Of a stretch of DNA of 64,000 bases, positions 12,306 to 26,800 are shown piece by piece; the stretch's first letter is position 1, and each line of letters starts with the position of its first letter. The notes under the pieces are model-generated. The model worked only from the letters and a program-made list of their open reading frames with translations, was not told the origin of the DNA and did not search any database. This DNA comes from Octopus bimaculoides (Eukaryota), in contig NC_068982.1 in NCBI RefSeq assembly GCF_001194135.2, positions 627,424 through 691,423 on the forward strand. Direction: 5' to 3'. The position numbers and the translations under genes were made by a program.

Positions 12306-15300
12306 TACAAAGAGTTAATAAAGAACAGTTGATAAAGTGTAGAATAGGAGAAAAGGACAAGAATGAAATTTAAAGAAAGCATGTTAAACAGACTGACGAG
12401 AAACACTTGTGTGGTCAGTTTTGGAAAGACAATGAAGATGTATGTGGAACAAAATCCTGAACTTGGTTAAAAAAAACAAAGGGCAGTTGAAAAAGAAACA
12501 GAGAGCCTTATTATAGCATCTCAAGATCAAACTATAAAAACAAACAACTTGAGAAAATGTGTGTATGGGGAGAAGGAATCCTAAAAAAGTAGAACCTGTG
12601 AAATTTGGAAAGAGACACTGGCACACATTGTTGCAGAATATGAAGAATATAAGAAATGGTAACAGGATCAAATTGTGAACATTTTACACGAACAGCTTTG
12701 TGAGAAATGGGGATTTGAGTCTGGAGGTACATCGTATGATCATCAGGTCGAAAGAATGCTGGAGTGGGAGAAATGCAAAATTTTAAGGGAATTTCTTATT
12801 CAAACGGATAAAAAGCTAAAAAATAATAGATGGATCAAATGATGAATCAACAAGACCTTGCTTATTGATCCATCATTCCCGTTTGATTCCAGGATTCTAA
12901 AGAAAGAGGATGAAAAATTAAAAAAATACAATCCTTTAAAATTTGAAATTGCAAGGATTTGGAGTATGAAAACTGTTAAGGTTATAATTGATTATAATTG
13001 GGAACTGTAATTAAAAATATAGACAAATGGTTGAAGGAGATTGGAACTGAATGTCTTGTAGAGCTTCTACAGAAAGGTTGCCTCTTAGGGAAAGATTATC
13101 AGGAGGGTTTTGAGCACTTGAAAAATTATTGAAAGCTAGTGGATACCTAAGGCTTCTGGTATTAACCCACTATCTACATGAATTCTACCTGGAATAAGAA
13201 CAAACCTGAGTCAAAACAATATAATAGTAATAACAACACCTGAGCGTCACTTTGTGATGTGTGACACTCGGCAAGAAATGGGAACAAAATGGAAAGAAGA
13301 AGAAAAAAATAATACGCATAGAAAGAATTATTATTATTGCTGTTGATAAGGTGATGAGCTGGAAGAATGGTTAGCATGCCGTATGAGATGCTTAGCAGCA
13401 TTTCGTCTGTCTTCACATTTTCAGTTCAAATTCCACCTTTCATTCTTTCGGGGTCGATAAATTAAGTATCAGTGAAACACTGGGGTCAATGTAATTGACC
13501 ATCCCCTCCCCACAAATTTGAGGCCTTGTGCCTTTAGTAGAAAAGATTATTATTGCTGTTGCTGTTGTATAGTAGACAAATATATAACTTATTCAATTTT
13601 GATTAACTTATTTGCATGTGTTTAGAATCTAATTTTTTAACTGCATCAATATATTTTTATTCATGTATTTAATTATATGCATTTTGTATTAGAAATACAT
13701 TTAAATTTATATTATGTATCGTTTATTTTCATAAAAACCAAACATATGTTTAGCTGCTATAGAATTTCTGTTTTTATCACTTTCTTTATTTTTGTATTTA
13801 AATTACATTAAAATATATAAATAACCCAATATGTTTTAGAAAAGTTCTGGAAATTTTCTTGAAAAGATCACCTGCTGAAAGAAATATCAGAGGCTAAAAA
13901 ACACAAACAACAACAAATATACAAACGAAACAAACAGCAACTAGCAGCATACACATATACACTTGTAAACACAAGCTCTGAATCTATTTGAATTTATCAA
14001 CTTAAAAAAAAAGACCAGTTGATTTTGTTTTTGTTTTTAGACATTAATGAAAACATTCTACTTGAACATTGTCGCCTCAACCAACATTTCTAGCATTTTC
14101 AGAATAGTTGTTATCAACATCAATACTAGTAACACCAACAACTAACAGCATAGTCACTATTATGACTGTTTGCAACTGAAACGACCTTATTCTTACGACT
14201 ATCACCTCTCACAAATTCAACAAATCCGACATATTTGCTTCAACACCAACGTTATCACTATTTCAATAAATGCCTGACACAAATAAGTTCTAGGTAATAA
14301 TAAACAATATGGCACGACCAGTTTGAGATGGCGAGTAGGCAGAGTCATTTGCTGGACAAAATGTTTTTTTGCCAATTTGCTTTTTTGCTAATTTTTCTCA
14401 ATAATATTCAACATTATCATAACACACTATTAACTTTTGTTTCCTTCAAAATTCGCATTGTTTTCTGAAATAAATGTTTGGAGGCTTTAGATAAAATCTC
14501 CAGAACTAAAACCGGTTACAGACGAGTCCAAACTGCAATGAGTCATCTCATATTTTTATTATTCTTAATTGCTTGCAATTAAGAATATTAAAAATAGTTC
14601 TTCAATTGGCTGATGTTTATCATTAATCATCGCAATCAACTGATTTAAAGTTCTTCTAAGAGAACATGCTTTAAAATGGAAATAAACGAGTTTTTGATAG
14701 AATATGTAGAGTGAATTGTGCTTTGAAAGATGCATCATCCAAAAGAAATTATTGCATTGAGTCAAAAGTTTTGCAACATTTTGGCAACTCAGTTTCTTTA
14801 CGACAAAAGCAGCCTAGAATTCAAGGTAGAGGTCATCATTTGTGGTACTGTCTGAAGCCACCTTTCTGCCAATTCTTTGATCCCACACTGACACCAGTTC
14901 TTGTACTTCAAGGTGAAGAACCCCTTCACTGAAGCTTCTGCCTGCTCTTGGATGATGAAGCGTCACGAGTGCAGCAAGGAACCATGGATTGGATCAAGTA
15001 ATAAAATGATGTGTACGAGGGTCGGCTGAAAAGTTCATAGGCGGACCAAGACACTCTCATCGAATGTCATCATATGAGGTCAGCTGTCAGTTTACCTGGA
15101 AAGAAACAATGCAGTTATTAATAAGAAGGGTTGAAATTAATGCAGGCAAAATTTCACAGCTCCAGCATCACTCCTTCATAGTTTGTTTATGAACTTTTCA
15201 ACCCAGTAATTTGAATTCATCAAAAACTTCACTTGTTATGTATATCACATTAGAAGTAAAATATCTTTATACATACATTAGATTAATGTGTACATACTGA

Positions 15301-18300
15301 TGTGTTTCAGGAGGACACAGCTTGCATGTTAACCCCTTCAAAACACACACTATATATATATATATATGAAGATTTGTAAAGAGATTGCTCTTTCCAGGGA
15401 TGTCTTACATCCTAGCTTCCTTCAGTTCATCCGTATATCTGCGAATTTACTGGAATTTGTCTTCTTGCGTTAGCATTAGTGTTTAATAGAACCAGTACTA
15501 TACACATTACGCCATTCCAGTAGTCCGTACAAATGTTTCCATCTGTTTCAATATCTTTGTATATGAATTTAGTAGTATAATATAAAGAAAATGAAGAGTT
15601 TGAATACAACAAAGTAAATTTATTTAAGCTTAAGGGTGAATATGCTAATATACACTCACACACAGAAAAACGCATGCTGCTGTCTTAATCTATGATGAAC
15701 ACTCTATGTATTAGGATGTAAAGATAAATATGTCAATTTTGGCCCTGAAGAGACATCTGCATTCTGAACTCATAATGCAATTGTTAATTGTAAAATAAAT
15801 GAAGGTGGATATTGAAATGATCATAGGCATTGCGTAATTGACAGTTATGTAAATAAATTGATTTTGCTGTATTCAAACTCTCCATTTTCTTTATATTATA
15901 CATACATACATATTACACCAAAACAAACATCTCCTTCAACCTTGCAAGAAGGATATGCACAATAGTGTCAGAACAAAATATCAGAGACTTTAGACTACAA
16001 GAACTCAAAGACATCCTAATTGACAGACACTACCCAGTTCAACTCATAGAGGATGGAGTCAGACGTAAAACACAAATTGACATAGAAACCTTAAGAAAAG
16101 TTCAACACAGCAACACACCATCCCCGAAAACACTGCCGTACATATCCACATACAACCCCAGAAACAAAGAAGCCTTCCCCATCATCACCCAAAATTTACT
16201 AATGCTACATAAGGACCCCAAATTAAAGGAAATTTTACACATACATAAAATCATTAAAAGCCACAAACAACCGAACTCACTAAAAAAGATCCTTGCAAAG
16301 ACAAAATTATTTTCTAAAATAACAGATGCAAAAGTGAAAAAATGTGGTCAACCAAATTGCACAACGTGCCCAAACCTTCTAGAAAGATCAGAATTCCTTT
16401 TCAAAGAGGGACAGAAATTAAAAATCAAATCTGACTTTACTTGTGCTTCAGAAAACCTGATTTATGTTATAAGTTGCTCAAGCTCCCACCAAAACTACAT
16501 AGGATCCACAGCATTATCGCTCAGATGTAGATGCATTCTGCACCGACAGCAGATTGCATTCCCAGAATACAGAATGATACCCTTTAGTGAACATATTGAG
16601 AAATGCGCAAAACAAATGCTACCACAATTCGTAATCTTTCCATTCTATCAATGTGCCATTGGAACACTAACACAAGTTAGATTAAATAAGGAAACCTTCT
16701 TCATTGAAAAATATAAGCCAAAACTTAAGCGTTTCTAACATTTTTTAATAAGAAAACTGACCTCATTGAAAAAAATATAAAGCAAAACCTAACCACTTGT
16801 AATATTCTTTTCCTTCTAAACCAAATCATGTTAAATTAATAAAACCTAGTCATTCCCAACAATTTTTAATTATCTCCCTTATACCAGAAAAAATCTCTGA
16901 TTACCTTCGCCTGTCTGGAATTCCATATTTCACAACATAGCAAAGACATGACACGATATAGGTAAAGAAATTTGAGAAATTTCGAAACCAGTTATTTCTC
17001 CAAAAACTTTACGTTGTTATATATANNNNNNNNNNNNNNNNNNNNNNNNNNNNNNNNNNNNNNNNNNNNNNNNNNNNNNNNNNNNNNNNNNNNNNNNNNN
17101 NNNNNNNNNNNNNNNNNNNNNNNNNNNNNNNNNNNNNNNNNNNNNNNNNNNNNNNNNNNNNNNNNNNNNNNNNNNNNNNNNNNNNNNNNNNNNNNNNNNN
17201 NNNNNNNNNNNNNNNNNNNNNNNNNNNNNNNNNNNNNNNNNNNNNNNNNNNNNNNNNNNNNNNNNNNNNNNNNNNNNNNNNNNNNNNNNNNNNNNNNNNN
17301 NNNNNNNNNNNNNNNNNNNNNNNNNNNNNNNNNNNNNNNNNNNNNNNNNNNNNNNNNNNNNNNNNNNNNNNNNNNNNNNNNNNNNNNNNNNNNNNNNNNN
17401 NNNNNNNNNNNNNNNNNNNNNNNNNNNNNNNNNATATATATATGTATGTGTATACAGTTATAATTGAATACACACACACCCATACTTATGTATCTGTATA
17501 TGCATGTGTGAAGGCACGTGGCTTAGTGGTTAGGGTGTTTGGCTCATGATCATAAGGTCCTAAGTTCAATTTCTGGTGACGTGTCCTTGAGCAAGACCCT
17601 TTATTTCACGTTGCTCCAGTCAACTCACCTGGCAAAAATGAGTATTACCCTGAATTTTGAAAGGTTAGCTGAATCTCCCTGAGAACAACATTAGGGATAC
17701 ACATGTCTGTGGAGTACTCAACCACTTGCATGTTAATTTCACCAGCAGGCTGTTTTGTTGATGGGATCAGCTGTAGCCCTCATCGTTGCAACTGACGGAT
17801 TGCCAACACACACATACGTTCTGGTAGTTGTTGAAATGTTGTTGAAATTAACTTGTTCGTTATAGACCAATTTCCTTATTTGAAAAATTTAAAAAGAAGA
17901 TTGTTACAAAACTTGAAAACTAAAAGAACATGAGCAATTCAAATTAAGCTCGTACTAATAAGCAGAAAGTGACTTTAATTAATTTTGATTAATCATTCTT
18001 AAGTTTACTTCGTTAATTAATGTCTATGATTATCAGTAAATGGAAAGAGTAAGAGGAAAAAAAAAACCTTGACCATTTTTATTGTTTTATCATTGCAGGA
18101 ACCTCCGTGCTCACTGTGCAGGCAGTTGATAAAGACATTGGATCCAATGCCCAAATTACTTACAGCATTAAAAGTGGCAGCTACGATAATTTTGATATCG
18201 ATCCACGTAGTGGCAAGATTTATGTAACGTCTCAAGCGGTGCTGGATTTTGATGTGTATAGCAAATACATTATGCAGGTATGATGCTTGGAAAGCAGTAA

Positions 18301-19662
18301 TGTAGATACCATTTTCTTTTTTCAATTCTATTATCCACACAAAATCAAGCGAAACGATTCCAACGGGTCGTTTAAATTGAGTTGTGAATTTGGCTCAGCA
18401 GATAGTTATTTTCCTAAACACTGCTCATCGACACAATCTGCCTATGGATACATGTTTAACTCCTTTTCAAATGTGTTTGTTTATATATTCAATGTACAAT
18501 ATATTCTTTTTGACTGTGGCCATGCTGGAGTACCGCCTTTAGTCAAGTAAATCGACCCCAGGACTTATTCTTTGTTAGCCTAGTACTTATTCTATCGGTC
18601 TCTTTTGCCGAACCGCTAAGTTACAAGGACGTAAACGCACCAGCATTGGTTGTCAAGCGATGTTAGGGGGACAAACACAGACTCACAAACATATATATAT
18701 ATATATANNNNNNNNNNNNNNNNNNNNNNNNNNNNNNNNNNNNNNNNNNNNNNNNNNNNNNNNNNNNNNNNNNNNNNNNNNNNNNNNNNNNNNNNNNNNN
18801 NNNNNNNNNNNNNNNNNNNNNNNNNNNNNNNNNNNNNNNNNNNNNNNNNNNNNNNNNNNNNNNNNNNNNNNNNNNNNNNNNNNNNNNNNNNNNNNNNNNN
18901 NNNNNNNNNNNNNNNNNNNNNNNNNNNNNNNNNNNNNNNNNNNNNNNNNNNNNNNNNNNNNNNNNNNNNNNNNNNNNNNNNNNNNNNNNNNNNNNNNNNN
19001 NNNNNNNNNNNNNNNNNNNNNNNNNNNNNNNNNNNNNNNNNNNNNNNNNNNNNNNNNNNNNNNNNNNNNNNNNNNNNNNNNNNNNNNNNNNNNNNNNNNN
19101 NNNNNNNNNNNNNNNNNNNNNNNNNNNNNNNNNNNNNNNNNNNNNNNNNNNNNNNNNNNNNNNNNNNNNNNNNNNNNNNNNNNNNNNNNNNNNNNNNNNN
19201 NNNNNNNNNNNNNNNNNNNNNNNNNNNGGGGGGGGGGGTGATATGGGACCATTACCAGCATGGTTGCCACACAAATATCACAGACATTAACTTCAATGTT
19301 GTGTTGATAGCATTTGATCTTCATATAAAAACATCTGTGTGTATGAACCAAAAAATTTAATTTCTTTGAGAAAACCTTTTCTTACTTTCCTAACTCTATC
19401 TGACCAATATTTTGTCAATATATTTATTATTCAACAAACTTTTATCATCTTTTAAATGGTGATCAGCATAAAAGGCTTTGTCATGTTTTGTTCAGTGAGA
19501 TTGGGTGGTGGTGGTAGTGGTGGTGTGTGTGCGGGGGTGGGGGGTCACCTGAAGATCGATGCACTAGTGTCACTTTTATTGTTGCCACTGCCCACGACCA
19601 TCATTGTCACTTGCCGGCACCTTCGCTCATTGATACCACTATCACCTCCGCTACTGCTGCTG

Positions 19663-19728
<66 letters not shown>

Positions 19729-22700
19729 TTAGATATACTATGTCTGAAAAGGGTGGGATGGTCATGGTTGAAAAGTTTTCGATCGTTTGTCATTTAAATC
19801 AAAACTGAAAACTCACCACATATCGTAGGTTCTTCCAACACATAACCTCAAACATCACCCCCTGCATATCCTCCTCGCCACCACCTCCTCACCACCTAAT
19901 AACATCCTATTTAATTCTATTTGTCCCAACACCAATAAAGACCACATAGCTGACATGGTGTTCCATGGAAGGGTCCTTTACAGTTACAAGAAAACCTTCT
20001 TCCCTGCAATATTTAGATGAAACGATTGGAAAGGATATAAAAATAGTTTTAAACACTTAAGACAAAAAAAAAAAATGTTTTAGTTTGCCTCCGTTGTAGT
20101 TCTTTGTTTTTATTCTGCAGGTGATTGCTGAAGATCAAGGAACCCCAAGACTGACCGGCAGCACGAATGTGATCATAAATCTCGAGGATATAAATAACAA
20201 GGCACCCAAGTTTGACCGCTCCGAGTATATCAAAACAGTTGATGAGAGTGAGTAAAATGGAGAATCGTTTATTGCTTTTATCGGGGATAATAATTGGTTT
20301 CAAATGCTTAACGAGAGGGGATTAAGTCGATTAGATCAACTGGTACTATTTCATTGACCCTCGAAAGGATGAAAGTCAACCTTGGTGGAATTTGAACTCA
20401 GAACGTGAAGACAGATATAATGCAGTTAAGCATTTTATCCAAATTATATACTTTTTATCCAAATTCTCACTATCTCCTTTTTCTTAATAAACATATTAAA
20501 CAATGACAATAAACAGAACTGAAGGATGAACGACGTCCATCGTGGTTCATTGTTCGGTTTATTCCCATTACTTAGATAACATCTTACTTCAAATCCCAAA
20601 TTTTCTACCACCACCATACTTAACTGCCTCTTACTAGTCCTTTACTTACGATGATATTGTTAGCGTGTACATCACTTGAAAATCTTGAGTACTTTACCTA
20701 TTTGTGGCATCAGTTTCCATTAGTCCACTTTCTTAAAGTCACATGTCACTCCAAATGTAATCGACTTAGCCCTCTCCCCCTAAATTACTAGCCTTGAGCC
20801 AAAATTTGAAACCTCTAAATCTTATGCGGCAGCAACTTTTGTTTTGAAAAGATTGTTGTTTCTGTTGTCTTCTTTAGACTGAATTTGTCAACCAAATCAA
20901 AACTAGGTTTTGTCATACGCAGCCATATAAACGTTGTTCACTCTGATTGGTTTTACATACTGTCGATAATAGAGCTTCTTGTTAATTCGAAAAGTATCAG
21001 GCAACATCAATAACTGTATTCTTTATTGTGCACTGCCATTCAATAGCTCTTTCTTCCTTCTGTTTTCTCTTCAAGGGATCAATAGGCATTGGCTGTTAGA
21101 TATACGAGGGTGGGCTGAAAAGTTCATACGCTGACCACAATGCAATGGTCGAACTTGATCAAATGTGTTTTATTTTGCGACATAGTCTCCTTAGCTGTCC
21201 ATACACTTCTCTCATTGGTGTCGCAGCGCTTGGATTCCATGGTATATAAAGGCTCTTGTCTTGACCATCAAAAAAGTCCTCAACAGCAGATATGACCTCA
21301 TCATCGGTACAACTTCCCAGCCAAGTGTTTTTTCATATTGGGGAACAGAAAATAGTCAGATGGTGCCAAATAAGGAGAATATTGGAAAATGATCAACCAG
21401 TTCAAAACCACAGCAGCCTTTGCAACCACAGGCTTGTGTGCAGGGGCATTGTCCAGGTCATGGTGAAGCAGTCAGTTATACTTTGTGTGTTAGACAAAGG
21501 AGAATATGTATTAGTTTTTGCACACAATCTAGGAGAGTGTATCAGTTTGGTAATTTGTGGCACCCTTTTGTAACCCCTTTTGTTGTTTAGCTTTTTTCCT
21601 TTTCAAAGTATTTGTTTTACTTTTTACTTTCAGAATCTCCTTTGGATAGCATTATTTTGAGAATCGTTGCCACTGATAAAGACAGAAACCATCAAATAGA
21701 ATATAGCCTCAACAGAAACTCTTTGGTGGCCCGGGATGCCCAAGGGCACAAATTATCTACCATTCCTAATGATTACAGGGTAAGATGATAATATTCTATA
21801 AAACTACGTAAGTGTATCTAGGAGAAAAAATTATATGTGATGGATACTCTATAAAATATTTATATCACATTGTTTAGTTGGTTTAAACAATGAAATAATG
21901 CAATTCCTAAGACCAACATAGAATCAATGCTATTTTCACTGAGCTAGAATCAAGAGTAAAATATTTATTTGAATTACGCGTTGACATCTTAACTCACAAT
22001 CACATATGCAACAATTATGGGAAAATATGGGAACGTTAACCAGAAATTAACAAACGAGTAAGAATGGTCTAAGGAGTAGATTGGATAATGAAGCGCATCC
22101 AAGCAGACTCCCCCATAGAAACATTCATCAGTGAATCCGTAGTATTTTGGATTTCATGAATGAGAATTAGTTAAGGAGAAACAATTCTAATGGTGCACAG
22201 AAATTCATTTAGAAAGTTCCTTAGAAATGTTTTAATGAGTATTGAAATCATATTGGGGACTGAGAAATATTTCTTTTTATGACAACATATAAAAGAAAGA
22301 AACAAAATGCTGATATTTTTATTTCCTACCTACCTACCTACCTACCTACATACATACATACATACATACATACATACATACAAATATATGCATGCACACA
22401 CACATACACACACACACACGATTTTGTGTTGTTATTTTAATGGAATTTTTAATGATAACAAAACATTCATGTTGAATTCAATACTAAAAGACAAGTCATG
22501 TTTTGACTGGAGCTTCAAGTTTTGGTTAACGGTTTTTTCAGTCACTGGTTGAATAAGCTAGTCAGATGGACAGACCGACAGTCTTCGACTTTCATACAGG
22601 ATGAGTTCCTGAAAGAGTGAATGGAAGTTGAATTTTCAAATCTCCAGATTATTTGGTTTCTCCGAGAATTGTAACATTAGCAGAAATTGCTGATATCAAT

Positions 22701-23095
22701 CTATACATCTCTTGCATAGTCATTAGTACACCTGACCCATATTTGAAAATGAGGAAAATTAAAGGCAGAAAAAAAATTAAGCTTCAAAACTTAAGAAAAG
22801 TAGTTCTGGTTTGCACTTACAAAAAGTTTTCTTTGCAAACATGGGGATTTGGACTTTCTCTCACTGTACATCACTTTGCTCCCGACTGATTTCTAGTGTA
22901 GTACTAAATCAATTAAGGCTTTGTGAATCTCCCTATCTAACAAATCTGACCCAGGACTTATTCTTGTCAATGCTGTTACTTATTACAGCGATATCTTTTG
23001 CTGAACTGTTAAATTACAGGGATATAAGCAAACCAACATTTGTCAGATTGTGTAGGAACAAACATAGTCATGGACGCATATACTTATCTACTGAT

Positions 23096-23152
<57 letters not shown>

Positions 23153-23846
23153 TGCATACATACATATATTATTTCTGTGTACTGTTATATGCACAATTGC
23201 TTCTGGTGAAATTGGAGCTCTGTGTTCATCATTCAATCAACTGTCAACAAAATGTTGTGCTTAATAGTATTAAGCACACACACACACACACATATATAGA
23301 TATATATATATAATTAATAAAAAAAAACGGCAAAAAATATAACAAGAAAATAAAGAACAACATGAGGACATGGTACATGAAAAGTATTAATAAGACGCTC
23401 AGAAAAGGACAGAAAGGTGTTTTACATTTCGAGCAAGGCTCTTCGTACACATGCGTCATATGGTCTGCCTTTTACTCTGAGTGAGAGGCCCTTTGTCACC
23501 AGCAGAGGTAAGAGCTCTCTGAACGTTGCCCAGGCTATTCTTATTCTAGCAGCTACACTTTCAGCAATTAGAGCAAAGTAATCAGCATAGAGGAGATCCC
23601 AGGAGCATTCTGTTTTGAATTCCTCTGTTATTGCCTGGAGGACTATGATAAATAGGAGGGGGCTGAGGACTGAAACTTGGTGGACCCCTACCTCCACCCG
23701 GAATTCTTCAATGTACTCATTACCAACCCTCACCTTACTGACAGCATCTCTGTACATGGCTCGCACAGCTCTCACTAAGGTACAGTGTATTTGTCACACA
23801 GAAATATATATATATGTATATATATGTGTGTATTATATATTTTTTG

Positions 23847-23893
<47 letters not shown>

Positions 23894-26800
23894 GATGCAT
23901 GCCCACACTAAAACATTCCGTTCACCAAGTATGTTTAATAATTTCAATGTTTAAGTCAGAAGATTATCATTTTTTTCTCATTCCTCTTTCGTTGCTTTTT
24001 CGTTTGGTCATTCTCTTTTTTCTTCAATATTCAAATGACTTCTTTTCTGAATTAAAAAGTATTGAACTGTACACACAAGGAAAAAATGCTGAAACAATAA
24101 ATTCTTAATGACTTTTATGTTCTTTAATAGAATACAGAATGGTAAACAAAATCAGAATCTGTATTAAAACTAAATACATAAAGAAAATGTTGAAAGATAT
24201 CAAGTAAAGGAACAGATGTAATTTTATATGGCAAAATACATTGGAATTGGAAATAGGAAGATCATTGCATCAGTTGCTGGAGAAAAATGTCCTTTATTGA
24301 AAACAAGCTGATGCATTGTTGAAATATTTCATTTTCATATTTGTTTCCTCTGTTCTTGTTTTTATTTGATTGTTTTTATATAATTGAATATTTCATCACC
24401 ACCACCATTACACTCGTTGTCATCGACATTATCCCATTGCCAGGAACAATCACTCCCTCTGCAAGCTACGTGCTCATTCCACCTGTAAGGAATAGCAGTC
24501 AAACCATTCACATCGTACTCTGCTGTCTGAAGTGTCCTTTATTTAAGACAATGTCACTAGCATCATTGCTACCCTCATCATGATCAGAGGAATCATGAAA
24601 TATGATGGGTTGAGGATCGTTGATAGTAAAACGAACATTGCTTCTTCATCCGCGTTCCATATGATGAGTTAAGTAGATGGCGAACTAACTTAGTTTTGAA
24701 ATCATCATTATATGAGTTACTGATAAGTTTTCTCTGATATGCTTTTGTCCCTTCTTGTACATTGAAATGTTCTCTCTGTAGCGCTGTAGTTCTTCAAACG
24801 GAGATCAAAACATGAACTTCTTTGTTTGTGCTGGTGTTTACTTAGCTTTGCTGTTACTCTGAGAAGGTTTAAATAACAATGTTCTGCACACATCTACCAA
24901 GTCTCTCATGTCACATTTGATCTAATATGTCAGCTACGGTGGGGACTTTCTGCTGTCACTCGACTTGTTACAAATAGTCAAACCTCAGCTATATGTCTTC
25001 TTGAGAAGACCTCCATATCGGTTATAACTACTCCTTGGTGCCTCTGACCTTTCTCAACCTTTTGAAAAATATTTTTATTTAGCACATCTGCTATAATGAA
25101 CCACCACTAGTCCCGAGGAAACACAGAGTGTATAATATAGGGATAGTGGTTGCAATTCACCCAGTTGCCCAAACGCTAACTGGAAAATCTTTCAGCCCGT
25201 GGACTATAGACAACTTCCAGAAACCACTCTTCTGATTGTGCTACCAGGAAATACTGCTCGTCTAAATTAAACTCTTCAATGAAGAAAGTGTTGTCAACCA
25301 AGCCTGACTGAGATGAGTGTAGGGATACCAAATTTTCTGCATGGAGTCGCTCTGTTTCTGAGTATCTCTCATATGTGGAGTTTTGTTGAACAATCATCAT
25401 CGGATGCGTCGCGACTTGGTTTTTGTGGTTTGTCGAATTAATTGAGGTGGATGACTGACCAGAGAAGTCAGTTAACTTGGTATCTACCTTGGTGGCCTGC
25501 CTTGATGAGGTACAGGGAAAAATCAATAACAAAAGAAGCATCTCTCAGTTGTCTGAAGTTTAATTCATCTAATTTGGATGATATGAGATTCGAAGTTTAT
25601 GAAAACAACCAGAAATGTTTGGCAACATATTGGTAGACGACTACCGNNNNNNNNNNNNNNNNNNNNNNNNNNNNNNNNNNNNNNNNNNNNNNNNNNNNNN
25701 NNNNNNNNNNNNNNNNNNNNNNNNNNNNNNNNNNNNNNNNNNNNNNNNNNNNNNNNNNNNNNNNNNNNNNNNNNNNGCCTGACTGAGATGAGTGTAGGGA
25801 TACCAAATTTTCTGCATGGAGTCGCTCTGTTTCTGAGTATCTCTCATATGTGGAGTTTTGTTGAACAATCATCATCGGATGCGTCGCGACTTGGTTTTTG
25901 TGGTTTGTCGAATTAATTGAGGTGGATGACTGACCAGAGAAGTCAGTTAACTTGGTATCTACCTTGGTGGCCTGCCTTGATGAGGTACAGGGAAAAATCA
26001 ATAACAAAAGAAGCATCTCTCAGTTGTCTGAAGTTTAATTCATCTAATTTGGATGATATGAGATTCGAAGTTTATGAAAACAACCAGAAATGTTTGGCAA
26101 CATATTGGTAGACGACTACCGTATGTGGTGGGGGTGATTATGGTAGCACTTCTGAGAAAGGAAACTAATACAGCTTTAGTTAAGCTATACACAAACAAAT
26201 TAACAGAGACCCAGAATGTGTTTGAAAGATTTATTCAGTTAAATACATGAGGGCGATAAATTCAGGCCCTTAACTCTGCCAAGTCATTTGTTGATGGTGG
26301 TTTCGTAGAGAAGAGATCTATCTACAACAGCCTCCACATTTCATATGGACCATATATCCTTAATGATTCGGGATTCCACAAAAGTAGTCGATAGGAGAAA
26401 AGGTAAATCTGTAGACTTTCAGCCTAGCAGCTGCAGAAGTAAGTTTGCACTGTCGAACAGCAATTTTAGGGCTGGATAGACGATCTGTTGAAACTACTCA
26501 GAGCCTGGTTTTGTTTGGATCTCCTGGACGAGGAATGTGAGTATGAGATCCATCTTTACTCAGAAATCTCACTCACTTTTCTTCCAACTCTTATATTCTG
26601 AGTTTAAATCAGTTAGTCTTTCATCCTAACCCCAGAATCAATAAAATAGATGACCAGTCAAGTACTGGAGCCGATAGGCCTGTATCAGAAGCAATTGCTG
26701 TTGTTATCGTTCTTCTTCTTCTTCTTCTTCTTCTTCTTCTTCTTCTTCTTCTTCTTCTTCTTCTTTTTCTTTTTCTTCTTCTTCTTCTTCTTCTTCTTCT

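Noticed and set aside
25302-26121. Exact 345-bp direct repeat (25302-25646 and 25777-26121)
   Set aside because: Identical copies end and begin exactly at an N gap, typical of an unmerged contig overlap.
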